From: Eledone cirrhosa
Lineage: Eukaryota
Length of the DNA stretch: 64,000 nucleotides
Assembly: GCA_964016885.1 (NCBI GenBank)
Contig: OZ024743.1
Location: 276,148,001 to 276,212,000, forward strand
Direction: 5' to 3'
Below, piece by piece: positions 61,951-64,000 of the stretch (within the stretch, counting starts at the first letter, position 1; every line of letters starts with the position of its first letter). The position numbers were made by a program, and so were the translations under genes. The notes under the pieces were generated by a model. It was not told the DNA's origin. It saw only the letters and a list, made by a program, of their open reading frames with translations, and made no database searches.

Positions 61951-62089
61951 TCACAGATATAAAAGACAAAATAGTCTAGAATGGAATGGCTTGGAAGTAT
62001 AGGTCTGCTTTAAGAGAACTAACAGAGCTACAACAACAACAACAACCAGAAGAAGGACAGAACAAAATAAAGATAATTAATTACTAATA

Positions 62090-62452
62090 TAGATTTCTAA
62101 TTTAAGAACAAGGCCAGCAATGTTATCAACCTCAGTACTTGAACTGGTACTTTATTTCATCCACACTGGAAAAACGAAAGGCAAAGCTAACTTCAACATA
62201 ATTTGAACTCAAAATGTAAAGGGCCATAACTAAATTCCGATTCTGCCAATCCACCTTCTTAATAATGATAATAATAATTGTTTCTACTTTTGGCACAAGG
62301 CCAGCAATTATCCCAGTGCATTACTGGTACTTTATTTTATCGACCCTGTAAGGATGAAAGGCAAAGTTAACCGTGGCCGCACTTGAACTCAGACCACAAA
62401 GAGGCGTAACTATGCTACAACGCATGACCTCCGACCCTCTACCGATACTGCC
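62090..62452 (-). mobile_element. Two head-to-tail dominant-SINE copies
   Basis: About 62090-62255 (older) and 62270-62452 (deletion form). Confidence 0.8.
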
Positions 62453-62466
62453 ATGATGGTGGTGAT

Positions 62467-62615
62467 GCATTTAAACCAGCTGTATCAGGCTAGAATTCTT
62501 TCACCTTTATGTTTAAACTGGCTGTAACCAGCCGCTCATACTGATGTTAAGGTATTGTTCTCGCCTTCACCGTGAAAATAAAATAGTAAATATAATGTAA
62601 ATTGTAAAGGGTTAA
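62467..62615. mobile_element. piggyBac-like MITE family B, truncated
   Basis: Homologous to 61379-61584 (atttaaa.c.gc.gtatc.ggc.agaattct) and ends gtaaaggg|ttaa. Confidence 0.65.
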
Positions 62616-63569
62616 ACACAAGGTCAGCCATTTTAGAGGAAGGGTAAGTTGATTATACTGACCCTCAGTACCTTGAGTAGTTCTTCATTCTATCATCACT
62701 CAACAGCCCCACAAGAAGGATGTAAGGCAAGTTTGACTTAAGTGAGATTTGAACACACAAAAATAAAGAGCCACACCACACTAACAATAGTTTCTAACAA
62801 TAATAAATAGTTATTCACACCAATTCTTTACCACAATCTCTCACACACACACACACACACACTATCACAAAAGAAGATTATGTTCTAAACATTGCAAAGC
62901 TTTACAAAATTCGATCAGTAAAGGATGTAATAACACTTCAGATAGTAATTACGTGTTTTAATAATCTACACAGTAAAAAGAATTTTCTTTCTGTAATTAT
63001 TATTATTATCGTAATCTTTTTTCTGTATTTTCTTATATTCTCTTCATCATCATTGTTGATATTATTACTATTATTATTGTTATTATTATCATGATTATCA
63101 CCATCATAGTCATTATTGTTGGTATTATTAGCATTCCTATTATTATTTTTATTATTATTATTGGTAAGTCTTGTTTCCTCTCTAAAGAAATCAAAATTGA
63201 AAGAAGCCAGTCAGTCCGATAGAAAGAATAAAAGAAAAAAGCAAAAGTTATTCATTTTAATATGAGGACCTATTAAGCGGACAATGCTGGATGATCTGGC
63301 TAGCAATGATCAATATTACATACAAACAGATACATATATATGTATGTATGTATGTATACACACACACACACACACATATATACATACACACACACAATAG
63401 ATATATATATACTTACACACACACATAAACACATTCATGTGCATATGTCCAGTACGAACTTTACCAGCCAGAAAAAGCAGATAAAAATGATTAGGATCCA
63501 TATGTGTGTGTTTACAAATATATGCATGTAAATGTACATATACATACATATACATATATATACATACAT

Positions 63570-64000
63570 ATCATCATCATCACCGTTTAGCATGGGTTAG
63601 ACGGGTTGTCCTGTTGTGGGCAGTGTCTGGTCGGCTGACCATGCCTTGCTCATACAGGAACTGATCTGGCTTGATTTCTACAGCTGGATGCCCTTCCTAA
63701 CACCAACCTCATTTACAGTGAGTGCTGGGTGTTTTTTCGTGGCGCCTACACGTCCACTTTACAGTGTGGGCTGGGTGTTTTTTTGCCGTGGCACCTCCAC
63801 GACCACCTTGTGGTGGGGGGTGTGGGGGCATATTGTCTATGTGCTTCAGCTTGTACCCATGGAAGATCGGGTACTCTGTATTACTGCGTGACGCCAGAGG
63901 TCACAGTCGTGTGTCATTGCCTTTGAGAGGTGTAATTGGGTATGGTCGGCTTTTATCACCTCATCCCAGGTCATCTTGGGTCTCCCCACTCCACGGTTTC
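63570..64000 (-). mobile_element. RTE-clade LINE 3' end (same family as 35006-35526), runs off the window
   Basis: Minus strand 63998-63846 reads NRGVGRPKMTWDEVIKADHTQLHLSKAMTHDCDLWRHAVIQSTRSSMGTS*, followed by the same 3' UTR and (GAT)n tail. Confidence 0.8.

Overview
This is AT-rich, repeat-saturated eukaryotic non-coding DNA. The SINE, MITE and microsatellite content looks like a coleoid cephalopod, probably an octopus; this is an inference from repeat-family resemblance. I can support no intact protein-coding gene, and all long ORFs are (TA)n/(CA)n read-throughs. Contents: (i) about 9.4 kb of (TA)n-derived satellite in two blocks; (ii) more than 25 copies or fragments of one tRNA-headed SINE, plus other SINE families; (iii) piggyBac-like, hAT-like and Tc1/mariner-like MITEs and a non-autonomous Helitron; (iv) decayed RTE-clade LINE 3' ends and a Penelope-like (PLE) reverse-transcriptase fragment. 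The most interesting signal is a set of type-I hammerhead-ribozyme (HHR)-like motifs in short (TA)n-associated elements. Two of them lie in long fold-back palindromes (2171-2380 and 12938-13356), so each strand carries a copy. The second has a roughly 110-nt rod-like helix II whose G.U wobbles pair only on the ribozyme strand. All structures were folded by eye, and none has been tested.
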